A DNA stretch of 64,000 bases from an uncultured Alphaproteobacteria bacterium (GCA_963802535.1 CAWDJI010000032.1:9317-73316); one strand, 5' to 3'; counted from the stretch's first letter, positions 36,825 through 47,764 are shown. Translations and numbers: made by a program. Notes: generated from the sequence alone by a model not told the origin.

Positions 36825-36917
36825 TTTTGGCGCCGCTTTAACCTTTCGATAACTCACTTTGCTAACGCGGCCTTGGGTTGTGTTCCCTTAGAACAAGCGC
36901 CTGTGGGGGCAGGGAAA

Positions 36918-39638
36918 ATGCCGGTTGGTGGGTCTGAGCGCGTGATCACGGGGAGACTGCGGCGATCGATCGCCGGCGGGCTGTCCCGGATAAGGCTGGG
37001 CGCGATCCAGTGGTTGATCCTCTGCGCCGCCGGTCTGGTGCTCGCGATCATGGCCGGCACCGGCTATCTGGCGCTCCAGTTCCGCGAGCGAGCCCTCGAG
37101 GTCGCCGAGCGCGAACTCAACAACAGCGCGCTGCTGCTGTCGCGCCACTTCGACCAGCAGCTCGGCGATCTCCAGCACGTTCACGACGACGTCGTCAGTT
37201 ATCTGCGGGCGGACGGTGTCGATACACCGGACGAATTCGAGAGGAAAATGTCGACGCTGAGCGCGCATGAGATGCTGCGCACCAAGCTTGGGGTATTGCC
37301 GCATGTCGGCGGCCTCAATTTGTTCAACGTCAAGGGATGGCTGATCAACTCCTCGGAGATGTGGCCGGTGCCAGACGTGACTGTCGTCGATCGGCGCTAT
37401 TTCAAGGAATTCACCTCGGGACAGCCGACGCCCGACGTGATCGTCGAGCCGGTCGTCAGCAAGGTCACGAAGGTCTGGACCACGGTCTTCGCGCGCAAGA
37501 TCGTGGGCCGCAACGGCGAGGTCATCGGCTTCGCCAGCCGTGGCGTCGAACCAACCCATTTCGAGGACTTCGTCGGCTCGCTGGCGCTGAACAACGACAC
37601 CGCTATCTCGATGATCCATCGCGACGGCACCATCATCGCCCGCTATCCGCGCGATGAAAAGCTGGTCGGCCAGAACGTTGCAAACTCGCCGTCGTTTCAG
37701 CGGGCGCTTGCGCTGAGCGGGAATGTCTCCGGGCGTTTCAAACACCCGATGCAGGCAGAGGATAAGGTCGGCGCGGTGCGCTCGCTGATGCACTTCCCGA
37801 TCGTGATCGTAGCCACAACGAAGACCTCGAGCGCGCTTGCCGACTGGTGGGCGCAGACAAAATTGCAGTTTTATGCGGCGGCACTCGCGATCGTCGTCGT
37901 CGTCGTCATGATCTTCCTGATCGTGCGCCAGTTGCGGCGCCAGCACGCGGCCGCGCAGCAGAAGCTGTCGGAGAAATCCCAGCATCTCGACACCGCCATC
38001 AACAACATGCCCCAGGGCCTGCTGCTGTTCGATGCCGCGGGCCGGCTGGTGATCTGCAACCAGCAATATATCGACATGTTCGGCGTCTCACCGCACATCG
38101 TCAAACCGGGCTGTCATCTGCGCGACCTGGTCCAGCACCGCAAGGATCAGGGCACTTTTGTCGGCGACGTCGACGCCTATTGCGCCAGGTTCCTGAATCC
38201 GCAGGACGACGGCGTCCGAACCACCGAAACTGTGACACCGGACGGACGCACGTTCCGGCTGATCTACCAGCGCTCGGCGGGCGGCGGCTGGGCCACGACG
38301 CTGGAGGACGTGACCGAGGCGCGAGCCGTCCAGGCCAAAATCGAACATCTCGCCCATTACGACGCCTTGACCAACCTGCCGAATCGGACGCTGTTCCAGC
38401 GGCATGCGGAAGGGGTACTGCTCGAATCCGAAAGCGGGCAGTTTGCAATCCTTTATATCGACATCGACGAGTTCAAGCGCATCAATGATTCGCTCGGGCA
38501 TCTGATCGGCGACGAATTCCTGAAAGCCGTCGCGGATCGCCTGCGGCAATCGGTTGGGGATGAAGACTTCGTCGCGCGCCTCGGCGGCGACGAGTTCGCC
38601 GTCATCCAACGTAATGTCGCCTGCGACGACGACGTCATGGTGCTGGTGGCACGGATCTACGACGCGCTGCGGACGTCATTCGATTGCAACGGGCATCGGC
38701 TTTCCAGCGACGCCAGCATCGGCGTTGCGGTCGCTCCGCGCGATGGCACGGATCTGTATGGGCTGCTGAAGAGCGCCGATCTGGCGATGTATGCCGCCAA
38801 GGCTGCGGGCCGCAGGACGTACCGCTTCTTCGAACCGAGCATGGAGAAGCAGGCCAACCTGCGCCGTGAACTCGAGAGCGATTTACGGTTGGCGCTGGTC
38901 GAGGGCGGCTTCGAACTGCACTACCAGCCGCTGGTCGATTTGCGCAACGACGACGTCACCGGTTGCGAAGCGTTGCTGCGCTGGCGGCATCCGCTGCGCG
39001 GCATGGTTTCGCCGGCCGATTTCATCCCGGTGGCCGAGGATACCGGCCTGATCGAGGAGATCGGGCAGTGGGTGTTGCGGACCGCCTGCGCCGAAGCGGC
39101 CACCTGGCCCGCCCATGTTCGCGTTGCCGTCAACGTCTCGCCGATCCAGTTCCGCTCGCAAACATTGTCGTTGAAGGTAGCGGCAGCACTTGCCGAGACC
39201 GGGCTCGACCCGCGGCGGCTGGAGCTGGAGATCACGGAAGCGGTGCTGATCGCGGATGACGATGCGGCGCTCGTGGCGCTCAATCAATTGCGCGCGCTCG
39301 GGGTTCACATCGCGCTCGACGATTTCGGCACCGGCTATTCCTCGCTGCAATATTTGCAGCGGTTCCCGTTCGACAAGATCAAGATCGACCGCAGCTTCGT
39401 CAAGGAAGTCACCCGCAATTCCGGCTCGGCCGCTATCATCAAGGCAGTGGTGAGCATCGCCGCCGACCGCAACATGATCACGACCGCGGAAGGCGTGGAG
39501 ACGCTTCAGCAGCGCGAAACCGTGCAGAATCTCGGCTGCACCCAGATGCAGGGCTATCTGTTCAGCGCCGCCCGCCCGGCGCACGAAATCCGCGCGCTGC
39601 TGGCCTCGTGCCCGGCCCGCGTCGAGGACGCGGCATAA
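36918..39638 (+). CDS. membrane sensor diguanylate cyclase/phosphodiesterase (periplasmic sensor-PAS-GGDEF-EAL)
   Basis: ORF track 36873 starts at TTG; the first ATG is at 36918. Two TM helices flank a ~270-aa periplasmic domain, followed by PAS, RLGGDEFAV (GGDEF), CEALLRW and DDFGTGYSSL (EAL). Confidence 0.9.
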   Translation: MPVGGSERVITGRLRRSIAGGLSRIRLGAIQWLILCAAGLVLAIMAGTGYLALQFRERALEVAERELNNSALLLSRHFDQQLGDLQHVHDDVVSYLRADGVDTPDEFERKMSTLSAHEMLRTKLGVLPHVGGLNLFNVKGWLINSSEMWPVPDVTVVDRRYFKEFTSGQPTPDVIVEPVVSKVTKVWTTVFARKIVGRNGEVIGFASRGVEPTHFEDFVGSLALNNDTAISMIHRDGTIIARYPRDEKLVGQNVANSPSFQRALALSGNVSGRFKHPMQAEDKVGAVRSLMHFPIVIVATTKTSSALADWWAQTKLQFYAAALAIVVVVVMIFLIVRQLRRQHAAAQQKLSEKSQHLDTAINNMPQGLLLFDAAGRLVICNQQYIDMFGVSPHIVKPGCHLRDLVQHRKDQGTFVGDVDAYCARFLNPQDDGVRTTETVTPDGRTFRLIYQRSAGGGWATTLEDVTEARAVQAKIEHLAHYDALTNLPNRTLFQRHAEGVLLESESGQFAILYIDIDEFKRINDSLGHLIGDEFLKAVADRLRQSVGDEDFVARLGGDEFAVIQRNVACDDDVMVLVARIYDALRTSFDCNGHRLSSDASIGVAVAPRDGTDLYGLLKSADLAMYAAKAAGRRTYRFFEPSMEKQANLRRELESDLRLALVEGGFELHYQPLVDLRNDDVTGCEALLRWRHPLRGMVSPADFIPVAEDTGLIEEIGQWVLRTACAEAATWPAHVRVAVNVSPIQFRSQTLSLKVAAALAETGLDPRRLELEITEAVLIADDDAALVALNQLRALGVHIALDDFGTGYSSLQYLQRFPFDKIKIDRSFVKEVTRNSGSAAIIKAVVSIAADRNMITTAEGVETLQQRETVQNLGCTQMQGYLFSAARPAHEIRALLASCPARVEDAA

Positions 39639-39710
39639 AAGCGTTCCGGGCCTGGAACCCAGCCGCGAGCTTCGCGTTCTCCTGCCGGGGCCGACCCAGG
39701 CAGGCAATCA

Positions 39711-40007
39711 ATGAGAATTTTATATGTTTGTGCGGCCATGCTGTTGCTCGGTAGCTCGGTGGCGCATGCAGAGAGCGGGCTAGCATCCTATTATCACGGC
39801 ATCGGCAAAAGCGGCGAGATGACGTGCGCGCACCGCAGCCGGCCGTTCGGCAGTAGTCTGCGGGTTTCCCACGGCAGCCGTACGATCGTTTGCCGTGTCA
39901 ACGACCGCGGTCCGTTCATTCGCGGCCGGATCGTCGATGTCTCGATCAGCGCGGCGCGGGCGCTCGGAATGATGGGCGCCGGCGTGGTCAGGGTCGTGGT
40001 TGAGTAG
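39711..40007 (+). CDS. RlpA-like (DPBB-domain) septal-ring lytic transglycosylase family protein
   Basis: 98 aa with a signal peptide. ASYYH..GEMTCAHRSRPFGSSLRVS..IVCRVNDRGPF..RIVDVSISAARALGM. Confidence 0.85.
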   Translation: MRILYVCAAMLLLGSSVAHAESGLASYYHGIGKSGEMTCAHRSRPFGSSLRVSHGSRTIVCRVNDRGPFIRGRIVDVSISAARALGMMGAGVVRVVVE

Positions 40008-40048
40008 CAGCAGCCAGAGGGAAATGGCGTTTGGCTGGTTAGTCACTG

Positions 40049-40147
40049 CCGTCATCCTGAGGTGCGAGCGCAGCGAGCCTCGAAGGATGGGCCACGGGCT
40101 CAACTCATCCTTCGCGGCGCGCAAGAGCGCGCACCTCAGGATGACGG
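40049..40147. repeat. REP family B copy
   Basis: CCGTCATCCTGAGGTGCGAGCGCAGCGAGCCTCGAAGGATGG..GCGCGCACCTCAGGATGACGG. Confidence 0.75.
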
Positions 40148-40183
40148 AGAGAATGCGAGTCGTTCGCTGCAAACTAAAATGCC

Positions 40184-42638
40184 CTACAGCCGCGCGTCGG
40201 AAATCGCCTTCCGAAGAATCCGGGACAGCGCTTCGACCGAATACGGCTTCTGGATCAGTTCAAAACCACGATGGGCGTTTTCCGCCAGCACGTTCGAGTA
40301 TCCGCTGGTGAGCACGACGGGCAGGCCGGGATAGCGGTCGCGAATGACGCCGGCGAGTTCGACGCCGTTCATGCCGGGCATGATGACATCGGAGAACACC
40401 AGATCCGCGGCAAACTCATCCTCGCCGAGGATCGAGAGCGCGGCGTCGGCATTGTCGACCCGGCGGACCGTGTAGCCGAGATCCTCCAAAAGTTCGGTCG
40501 AGAACTGCCCGACATCGTCATTGTCTTCGACCACGAGCACGCGATAGCCGCGTCCCCGCGCGGCAGGCTCGCTCGCGGCTGCCGCGTCCTCCGCAGCCTT
40601 GGCCGGCATGGCGGCCTGCGGCAGATAGATGGTGAAGGCGGCACCTTGTCCGGGCCGGCTTTCGACCGCGATGTCGCCGCCGGATTGTTTGGCGAAGCCG
40701 AAGGCCTGGCTGAGGCCGAGTCCGGTTCCCTTGCCGACCTCCTTGGTGGTGAAAAATGGCTCGAAGATCGCCTCGATATGGTCTGAGGCGATGCCGGTGC
40801 CGGTGTCCGCCATGGCAATGGCGACGAAGTTGCCGCTGCGCATTGACTGGGCGCGTAGCGCGGGGATTGCGGGAACCTTTTTGACGCTGATGGAGAGCCG
40901 ACCCTCGTCGTTCATGGCGTCGCGGGCGTTGACGGCGAGGTTGATCAGGGCGGTTTCGAACTGGGCGATGTCGGCGATCGCGAAACAATGGGCGTCGGAT
41001 ATGTCGACCTCGATCCTGATCCGGCTGCCGACCAGCGGCCGAACCAGTTGGGCTACCGCCTCGACCTGGGCGCCGACGTCGAACACCTGGGGTTTCAGCG
41101 GTTGCCGGCGCGCAAACGCCAGCAATTGACCGGTCAGTTTCGAGGCACGCTCGACGGTGTCGGAAATCGCGTCGATATAGCGCCGGCGCCGGTCGTCGGG
41201 CAGGTCGCGGCGGCGCAGGAAGTCGGTGGCGGAGCGGATGATGGTCAGCAAGATTGTTGAAATCGTGGGCAACGCCGCCGGTCAGTTGGCCGACGGCCTC
41301 CATTTTTTGCGACTGACGCAGCGCATCCTCGCCCTTGCGGCGCTCGGTGATGTCGACGGCCTCCGGCACCGCGCCGATGACCGTGCCATGCTGATCGCGC
41401 AGCGGGCGCATCGCGAAATCGAAATAGCGCTCGCCGGCCGGCAGATGCAGCCGCATCTCGGTCCTGACCTCTTCGCCGCGCATCACCGCGATGAAGGCAT
41501 CGCGAACGGTGTCGCGCATGCCGTCGGTCGCCGTGAACCAGGGCGTTTCCCAGAACGGCCTGCCGATGACGTCGCCGGCCTCGGCGCGGATGCCGGTCAG
41601 CGCGATCTTGTTGGCGTGAAGCACGTCGCCGTGATGGTTGAGCAGCGCCTGATATTGATGGCTGGTCTCGAAGATCGCGCGCATCTGGGCTTCGTTGGAT
41701 TCAAGCTGTGCGGTGCGCTCGGAGATGCGCAGTTCCAGCGTCTCGTTCAGCCGGCGCAACTCGATCTCCGCCTGCTTGGCGACGGTGATGTCATGGGCGA
41801 CGCCGATGAAGCCGATATGCTTTCCGGTGGGATCCCAGCGCGGCTGGGATTCCGACCGCAGCCAACGGTACTCGCCTTCAGCATCCTTGTAGCGGGCCTC
41901 CAGCACGAACGGTTTCAATGACGCTTCGCCCGCGATCGATTCCTGCACGACGCGCGCCTGATCATCCGGATGCAGCACCTTGCGCCAGTCGAATGCGATC
42001 GCCTGATCGAACGGCAGCCCGACGAAATCGACATAGGCCTGGTTGGCGAAGGAGCGCGTGCGGTCGAGTTTTGTGACCCAGATCGGGACAGGGGCGCTGT
42101 CTGCGATCAGGCGGAAGCGCTCCTCGCTTTCGCGCAGCGTCTCCTGCGCGAACATGCGGTCGGTGATATCGATATGGGCGCCGACCAATCGAAGCGCACG
42201 GCCGTCCTTATCGCGTTCGATCTTCGCGACGACGTCGATCCACCGTGTTTGGCGGTCGTTTGGACGCACAATTCGGTAGGTCGCGGAATAATCCTCGCTC
42301 GGGCCTTTCAACGCGTCGAGGAATTGCTTGACCGTGCGTTCGCGATCTTCGGCGTGGATGCGGTTGACCCAGTCTTCGTGGGTTTCATTGGTCGCATCGG
42401 GCGGCAGTCCATGAATGATGAGATATTCAGGGGAGCGGCGGTTCTTGAAACCGTCGCGGAAGTCGACCTCGACACCCCCGACACGGCCGATGCGTTGAAT
42501 CCGCGCCAGTTCGGCCTCGCGTTCCTGCAGCGCGCGATGGGCGCGATCCCGCTCGCGCGCGATATCTTCCAGGTGCTGCCGCAGCCTTTCGGCAGCCGCC
42601 GCCTCGGGAAGTGTGCTGGAACCGTCAGTAGAAGTCAT
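40184..42638 (-). pseudogene. hybrid sensor histidine kinase/response regulator (3 PAS-HisKA-HATPase-REC), apparent 1-nt frameshift in the H-box
   Basis: ORFs 40518..42638 and 40184..41272 join as ..[14 protein letters not shown] / [11 protein letters not shown].. at ~41250 (AATCTTGCTGACC, where AATCTGCTGACC would be in frame). The C-terminus has ..[12 protein letters not shown].. and REC ([24 protein letters not shown]). Confidence 0.85.
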
Positions 42639-42686
42639 GCGCGCCTCTCAGGCATTTTCACATGACAGACACGAGGTTTGCCAGCG

Positions 42687-43451
42687 TCATTTGCTTTTGG
42701 CGGGCGAGCGGCAATTAAAGGCTTTACGGAACCCTGTCGCCTGCGCGTCGTCCTCGGAACAAAACCAGCGATCCGGATTGCCCAGCCCCGGGTAAGAGCG
42801 GCAGGCCTGCAGATGATAGATGCCGAGATTGCCGGTGACGCGGGCGCGGACCGCGTATTTGCCCTTGATGCTGCAGCCCGGCGGCATCACGAGATCCTCG
42901 GGGAACAAGACGCTGCGGATTTGCTGGTCGCGGTCGGCCGGGCAGGACCCGCCCAGCAGCGCGCCGTCTTTCTTGGCCACGCGGAACTCTTGCGGTGCCA
43001 CGAAGCAGCCCTTCCACAACCCCTGACGATCTTCCCTGGCGCGGGCCTCGTCGGGCTTGAAACGACCTGTTGCGGAGGATTCAACATTCAGGGCAAACCC
43101 TTGACGGACCAGCAATTGGCTGAGGCTGGTGGTCTCGCCTTCAACCTTGCAGGCGCCGAGACGCCGCTTCTTGTAAGTGGGGTCGACGCCGAGATCATCG
43201 CAGCGCACGGCGCGCCCGCCGATCAGTTTGGTCAGTTGTTCGCGCGCCTCGATGCCGCAGGTCCAGCTGTCGGCATGTTCGTCGATGCAGAGCTGATCGA
43301 AGGCGGGCGTATCGATGCCGTCGAGCCGGTAGGTGACATTGCCCAATTGCAGCGTGCCACCGTCGCGGACGGTTGGGGAGGCGGCCCAGGCTTGGGAAGC
43401 GGAGAGAGATACGAGCAGCGCAATCGCTGCAGATGAAATTCGGAACTGCAT
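42687..43451 (-). CDS. thermonuclease (SNase-like) family secreted protein with a Cys-rich C-terminal domain
   Basis: 254 aa with a signal peptide. SNase-like ..[28 protein letters not shown].. and a C-terminal ..[35 protein letters not shown].. Confidence 0.8.
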   Translation of the reverse strand: MQFRISSAAIALLVSLSASQAWAASPTVRDGGTLQLGNVTYRLDGIDTPAFDQLCIDEHADSWTCGIEAREQLTKLIGGRAVRCDDLGVDPTYKKRRLGACKVEGETTSLSQLLVRQGFALNVESSATGRFKPDEARAREDRQGLWKGCFVAPQEFRVAKKDGALLGGSCPADRDQQIRSVLFPEDLVMPPGCSIKGKYAVRARVTGNLGIYHLQACRSYPGLGNPDRWFCSEDDAQATGFRKAFNCRSPAKSK

Positions 43452-43532
43452 TGTTTCACTTCAATTGGATGGACTTCAGTGGAGCGTGATCTTCTAGCAC
43501 GGGCCAATGCAGTTGCAGGAATAAGTACCGCG

Positions 43533-43793
43533 CTAGCCGATGATGGCCGCGAGCAGGTCGATCAGGATCGCAACCATATCGATCAGCCAGGGAAAACAGT
43601 AGCCAAGCCAGCCGAACGCGGCAGCGACGACGGTTGAAGGCAGCCATCCCAGCGCAAGCCCCCAAGTGTCAAAGCTGACGACCGATATGGCATACGCCAC
43701 AACGAAGACGAACGCGGCAACCAGCCACCCGGACCGCTTTCGCACCCGCAGATCTCGCGCTTTCTCGACGTCGGCATCGATTTCCATCGTCAT
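43533..43793 (-). CDS. small membrane protein
   Basis: 86 aa with two or three hydrophobic helices and GGAG upstream of the ATG. Confidence 0.5.
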   Translation of the reverse strand: MTMEIDADVEKARDLRVRKRSGWLVAAFVFVVAYAISVVSFDTWGLALGWLPSTVVAAAFGWLGYCFPWLIDMVAILIDLLAAIIG

Positions 43794-43863
43794 CGGAAAC
43801 TCCGTTGAGAATTAGTCAGAGGAAATCATCCGTCGGTCAGGACACTTTCAGTTGACTTGGCTA

Positions 43864-43878
43864 GAACAAAAAGAGAAC
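43864..43878 (+). promoter_or_regulatory. alpha-proteobacterial SOS-box-like direct repeat GAAC-N7-GAAC
   Basis: GAACaaaaagaGAAC lies 33 nt upstream of ATG 43911. Confidence 0.3.
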
Positions 43879-43910
43879 AGTGTGCTGCACCGCGATCAGG
43901 GAATGCGCCA

Positions 43911-44120
43911 ATGTCAGCCGAACCACTTCCCGGAACTGGAGACGAGAACGGGCTGGAAGCCGCTGTCGAGCAGGCCATTTCGGCTTGTGGTGGGGATATG
44001 CGTGCGACCATCCGGGCGCTGATCGTGGCCAATGAATATTTGGAGACCGAGGTCAGCGAGTTGATGAAAGCGGTCTCGCACGCCTATGCGCGGGGGCGTT
44101 TCAATACCTACTCCGGCTGA
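43911..44120 (+). CDS. small conserved hypothetical protein
   Basis: Internal ATG of ORF 43857..44120 with AGGGA 10 nt upstream. Product is MSAEPLPGTGDENGLEAAVEQAISACGGDMRATIRALIVANEYLETEVSELMKAVSHAYARGRFNTYSG. Confidence 0.55.
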   Translation: MSAEPLPGTGDENGLEAAVEQAISACGGDMRATIRALIVANEYLETEVSELMKAVSHAYARGRFNTYSG

Positions 44121-44271
44121 TCCCGACTGGCGTGACGGCAGCCGGGTAGGGCACGGTATCAAACAAGACACCGTTGCCTCGACCGATTTTTGCTGTACGA
44201 CGGGTTTGTTAGCCGCGTTCCCGCATGTCACATTGCGGGTGAGGATCCTGCCCCAAGGTTCAAGCAAGCAC

Positions 44272-46287
44272 ATGTTCAAACGAATTCTGATCGCCAATCG
44301 CGGCGAGATCGCCTGCCGGGTCATCAAGACGGCGCGCCGCATGGGGATCGAGACGGTCGCCGTCTATTCCGAGGCCGACCGCGACGCGCTGCATGTCGAA
44401 ATGGCCGATGACGCTGTGCTGATCGGCCCGCCGGCCGCGTCCGAGAGCTATCTGGTGATCGAGAAGATCGTCGAGGCCTGCCGCAAGACCGGCGCACAAG
44501 CCGTGCATCCCGGTTACGGCTTTTTGTCCGAGCGCGAATCCTTTCCGCGCGCGCTGGCGGAAGCCGGTGTCGTCTTCATCGGCCCCAACCCCGGCGCCAT
44601 TGCCGCGATGGGCGACAAGATCGAATCCAAGAAGGCTGCCGCCAAGGCCAACGTCTCGACGGTGCCCGGCCACCTCGGCGTCATCGAGGACGAGAAGCAC
44701 GCGGTCAAGATCGCCGACGAGATCGGCTACCCCGTGATGATCAAGGCTTCCGCCGGCGGTGGCGGCAAGGGCATGCGGATCGCGCATGCGAAATCCGAAG
44801 TCGCCGAAGGTTTTAACCTGGCCAAGGCCGAGGCGAAGTCGTCGTTCGGCGACGACCGCGTCTTCATCGAAAAATTCATCGTCGATCCCCGCCACATCGA
44901 GATCCAGGTGCTCGGCGACAAGCATGGCAACGTGATCTATCTCGGCGAGCGCGAATGTTCGATCCAGCGCCGCAACCAGAAGGTCATCGAGGAGGCGCCG
45001 TCGCCGCTGCTCGACGAGACCACCCGCCGCAAGATGGGCGAACAGGCGGTGTCGCTGGCAAAAGCCGTGAACTACGATTCCGCCGGCACCGTCGAATTCG
45101 TCGCCGGGCAGGACAAGAGTTTTTATTTCCTGGAGATGAACACGCGGCTGCAGGTCGAGCATCCCGTCACCGAACTGATTACCGGCATCGACCTGGTCGA
45201 GCAGATGATCCGCTCGGCCGCCGGCGAGAAGCTTTCACTGGCGCAGAAAGATGTCACGCTGACCGGCTGGGCAGTGGAATCGCGCGTCTATGCCGAAGAC
45301 CCGTTCCGCAATTTCCTGCCGTCCATTGGTCGGCTGGTAAAATACCGTCCGCCCGCCGAATCGAGCCATGACGGCATCACTATTCGTAACGACACCGGCG
45401 TGCAGGAAGGCGGCGAGATTTCGATCCATTACGATCCGATGATCGCCAAGCTCGTGACGCACGCCCCATCGCGGGCCGCCGCGATCGAGGCGCAGTCGGC
45501 GGCACTGGATTCGTTCTATGTCGACGGCATCCGCCACAACATTCCGTTCCTCTCGGCGCTGATGAACCATCCGCGCTGGCGCGAGGGCAAGCTCTCCACC
45601 GGCTTCATCGCCGAAGAATTCCCGAAGGGGTTTGCGGCTCGCACGCCGGAAGGCGAGATCGCACGGCGGCTCGCGGCCGTGGGTGCTGCGATCGATCACG
45701 TGCTCGGCGAACGCAAGCGGCAGATTTCCGGCCAGATGAACGGGCGTCTGGTGCAGCGTGAGCGTCGCCGCGCGGTGTGGCTCGATCGCGCGGAGATCGC
45801 GCTCGACGTCGCGCGCGAGGCCGATGGCATCGCGGTGCGCTTCATCGGAGCCAACGATCTGCCGGGCAATCCGCATCAACTGGTCTCGAACTGGAAACCG
45901 GGCGAGCCGGTCTGGCAGGGCACCATCGACGGTCACTTCGTGGCCATGCAGGTGCGCGCGATCCCGAACGGCATTCGCCTCGCGCATCAGGGCTATGAAG
46001 TCCCGGTCAATGTCTTCACCGAAAGCGAGGCGGCCGCGGCCCGGCTGATGCCGGTGACCTCGGTGGCCGATACCGGCAAGAAGCTGCTGTGCCCGATGCC
46101 CGGCCTCGTGGTTTCGATCGCGGTCAATGAAGGCCAGGAGGTCAAGGCCGGCGAGACGCTCGCCGTGGTCGAGGCCATGAAGATGCAGAACGTGCTACGC
46201 GCCGAGCGCGACGGCACCGTGAAGAAAATTCACGCCGCCGCCGGCGCCACGCTCGCGGTGGACGCGCTGATTCTGGAATTTGCGTAA
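44272..46287 (+). CDS. pccA: propionyl-CoA (acyl-CoA) carboxylase biotin-carrying alpha subunit
   Basis: Internal ATG 44272 of ORF 44086..46287. Begins MFKRILIANRGEIACRVIKTARRMGIETVAVYSEAD. Has a biotin carboxylase core (..ECSIQRRNQKVIEEAPS..) and the C-terminal biotinyl motif EAMKMQN. Confidence 0.9.
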   Translation: MFKRILIANRGEIACRVIKTARRMGIETVAVYSEADRDALHVEMADDAVLIGPPAASESYLVIEKIVEACRKTGAQAVHPGYGFLSERESFPRALAEAGVVFIGPNPGAIAAMGDKIESKKAAAKANVSTVPGHLGVIEDEKHAVKIADEIGYPVMIKASAGGGGKGMRIAHAKSEVAEGFNLAKAEAKSSFGDDRVFIEKFIVDPRHIEIQVLGDKHGNVIYLGERECSIQRRNQKVIEEAPSPLLDETTRRKMGEQAVSLAKAVNYDSAGTVEFVAGQDKSFYFLEMNTRLQVEHPVTELITGIDLVEQMIRSAAGEKLSLAQKDVTLTGWAVESRVYAEDPFRNFLPSIGRLVKYRPPAESSHDGITIRNDTGVQEGGEISIHYDPMIAKLVTHAPSRAAAIEAQSAALDSFYVDGIRHNIPFLSALMNHPRWREGKLSTGFIAEEFPKGFAARTPEGEIARRLAAVGAAIDHVLGERKRQISGQMNGRLVQRERRRAVWLDRAEIALDVAREADGIAVRFIGANDLPGNPHQLVSNWKPGEPVWQGTIDGHFVAMQVRAIPNGIRLAHQGYEVPVNVFTESEAAAARLMPVTSVADTGKKLLCPMPGLVVSIAVNEGQEVKAGETLAVVEAMKMQNVLRAERDGTVKKIHAAAGATLAVDALILEFA

Positions 46288-46297
46288 CTCTTCCCGT

Positions 46298-46383
46298 CCG
46301 TCATTGCGAGGAGCGTCAGCGACGAAGCAATCCACACTTCCTTCCTTGCACGATGGATTGCTTCGCTGCGCTCGCAATGACGG
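46298..46383. repeat. REP family A variant copy
   Basis: CCGTCATTGCGAGGAGCGTCAGCGACGAAGCAATCCACAC..GATGGATTGCTTCGCTGCGCTCGCAATGACGG. Confidence 0.8.
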
Positions 46384-46404
46384 AAGATTGAACTGAGGTA
46401 TCCC

Positions 46405-47271
46405 ATGGCCTTCCGCCAACGCCGCGAAAAATTGCGCTCGATCCTGGGCGGCGCGACCTGCATCCACCCCGGCTCGGTCTACGACGCCACCTCGATCCGC
46501 ATCGCCGAGGACCTCGGCTTCGAGCTCGGCATGTTCGGCGGTTCGGTGGCTTCGCTCGCGGTGCTCGGCGATCCCGACATTGCGCTGATCACGCTCACCG
46601 AATTCTGCGAACAGATGCGGCGGATGTCGCGCGCATCCGCGCTGCCGGTGCTGGTTGATGCCGATCACGGCTATGGCAATGCGCTCAATGTTCGCCGCAC
46701 CGTGCAGGAACTTGACGCGGCCGGCGCCGCCGGTCTCACGATCGAGGATACGCTGCTGCCGCAGGCGTTCCGAGAGACGAAGACGCAGCTGATTTCGCTC
46801 GACGAAGGCGTCGGCAAGATGAAGGCAGCCCTCGACGGGCGCGGCGATCCTTCGCTGGTCGTGATCGGCCGCACCGGCGCGGTGTCGATTACCGGTCTCG
46901 ACGACGCGATTGCGCGCGCCAAGGCCTATGAGGCTGTCGGCGTCGATGCGCTGTTCTTCACCGGCATCAAGAACCGCACTGAGCTGGAAGCGATCTCGGC
47001 GGCCACGCGGCTGCCGATCGTGCTCGGCGGCGCGCCGGCTGACATGACCGCGCTGGATTATCTCACCAGCCAGCGGGTACGCATTGCATTACAGGGCCAC
47101 GCGCCGTTCGCTGCTGCAACTCAAGCCGTCTATGCGACGCTGAAGGCGCTTCGCGACGGCGGCTCGCCGAAGGATCTGAAGGGGGTGGCGTCATCGGAGC
47201 TCACCAGCCGGGCCATGCGCGAGGCGGAAGTGAAGGCGCGCGCAGCCGATTGGCTCGGGCTGAAGAAGTAA
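46405..47271 (+). CDS. isocitrate lyase/PEP mutase superfamily protein (oxaloacetate decarboxylase-like)
   Basis: 288 aa. ..VYDATSIRIAEDLGFELGMFGGS..LPVLVDADHGYGNALNVRRTV..GLTIEDT.. Confidence 0.9.
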   Translation: MAFRQRREKLRSILGGATCIHPGSVYDATSIRIAEDLGFELGMFGGSVASLAVLGDPDIALITLTEFCEQMRRMSRASALPVLVDADHGYGNALNVRRTVQELDAAGAAGLTIEDTLLPQAFRETKTQLISLDEGVGKMKAALDGRGDPSLVVIGRTGAVSITGLDDAIARAKAYEAVGVDALFFTGIKNRTELEAISAATRLPIVLGGAPADMTALDYLTSQRVRIALQGHAPFAAATQAVYATLKALRDGGSPKDLKGVASSELTSRAMREAEVKARAADWLGLKK

Positions 47272-47571
47272 ATGACCGGCGCGATCCGCCACGTCACGGT
47301 GCGGGGCCGGGTGCAGGGCGTCGGCTATCGCGCCTGGGTCGCGGACGAGGCAACCTCGCGAAGCCTCGAAGGCTGGGTGCGCAATGCCAGAGACGGCGGC
47401 GTCGAGGCGCTGTTCGCGGGACCTGCCGATATCGTCGCGGCGATGGTCGCTGCGTGCCGGCGCGGGCCATCGATGGCGCGGGTCGATACGGTCGTGGAAG
47501 ACGACGGCCATCCCGACGCGCTAAAACTGCGGCGCGCAGGGGAGCCGTTCTCGGTGCTGCCGACGATCTGA
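47272..47571 (+). CDS. acyP: acylphosphatase
   Basis: 99 aa with the [24 protein letters not shown] motif. The start abuts the upstream stop (TAAATG). Confidence 0.9.
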   Translation: MTGAIRHVTVRGRVQGVGYRAWVADEATSRSLEGWVRNARDGGVEALFAGPADIVAAMVAACRRGPSMARVDTVVEDDGHPDALKLRRAGEPFSVLPTI

Positions 47572-47606
47572 ACGGTCGCGGCCATATCCGCTAGTGAGGT
47601 GATCGA

Positions 47607-47747
47607 ATGAAACCGCAAAGCCCTGAACGCGACTGGCGACGGATCCATCACTCGCCGATGTTCTGGGTCGGCGTCGTGATGTGCCTGGCAGCGATTGCGA
47701 TCTATCTCTGGTCCGACGATCTCTCGTGGCGGCCGGGAACGCGTTAG
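47607..47747 (+). CDS. small membrane protein, 46 aa (below the ORF-track cutoff)
   Basis: GAGG lies 9 nt upstream. Product is MKPQSPERDWRRIHHSPMFWVGVVMCLAAIAIYLWSDDLSWRPGTR*. Confidence 0.45.
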   Translation: MKPQSPERDWRRIHHSPMFWVGVVMCLAAIAIYLWSDDLSWRPGTR

Positions 47748-47764
47748 CGTCGCGGCCCATGGCT

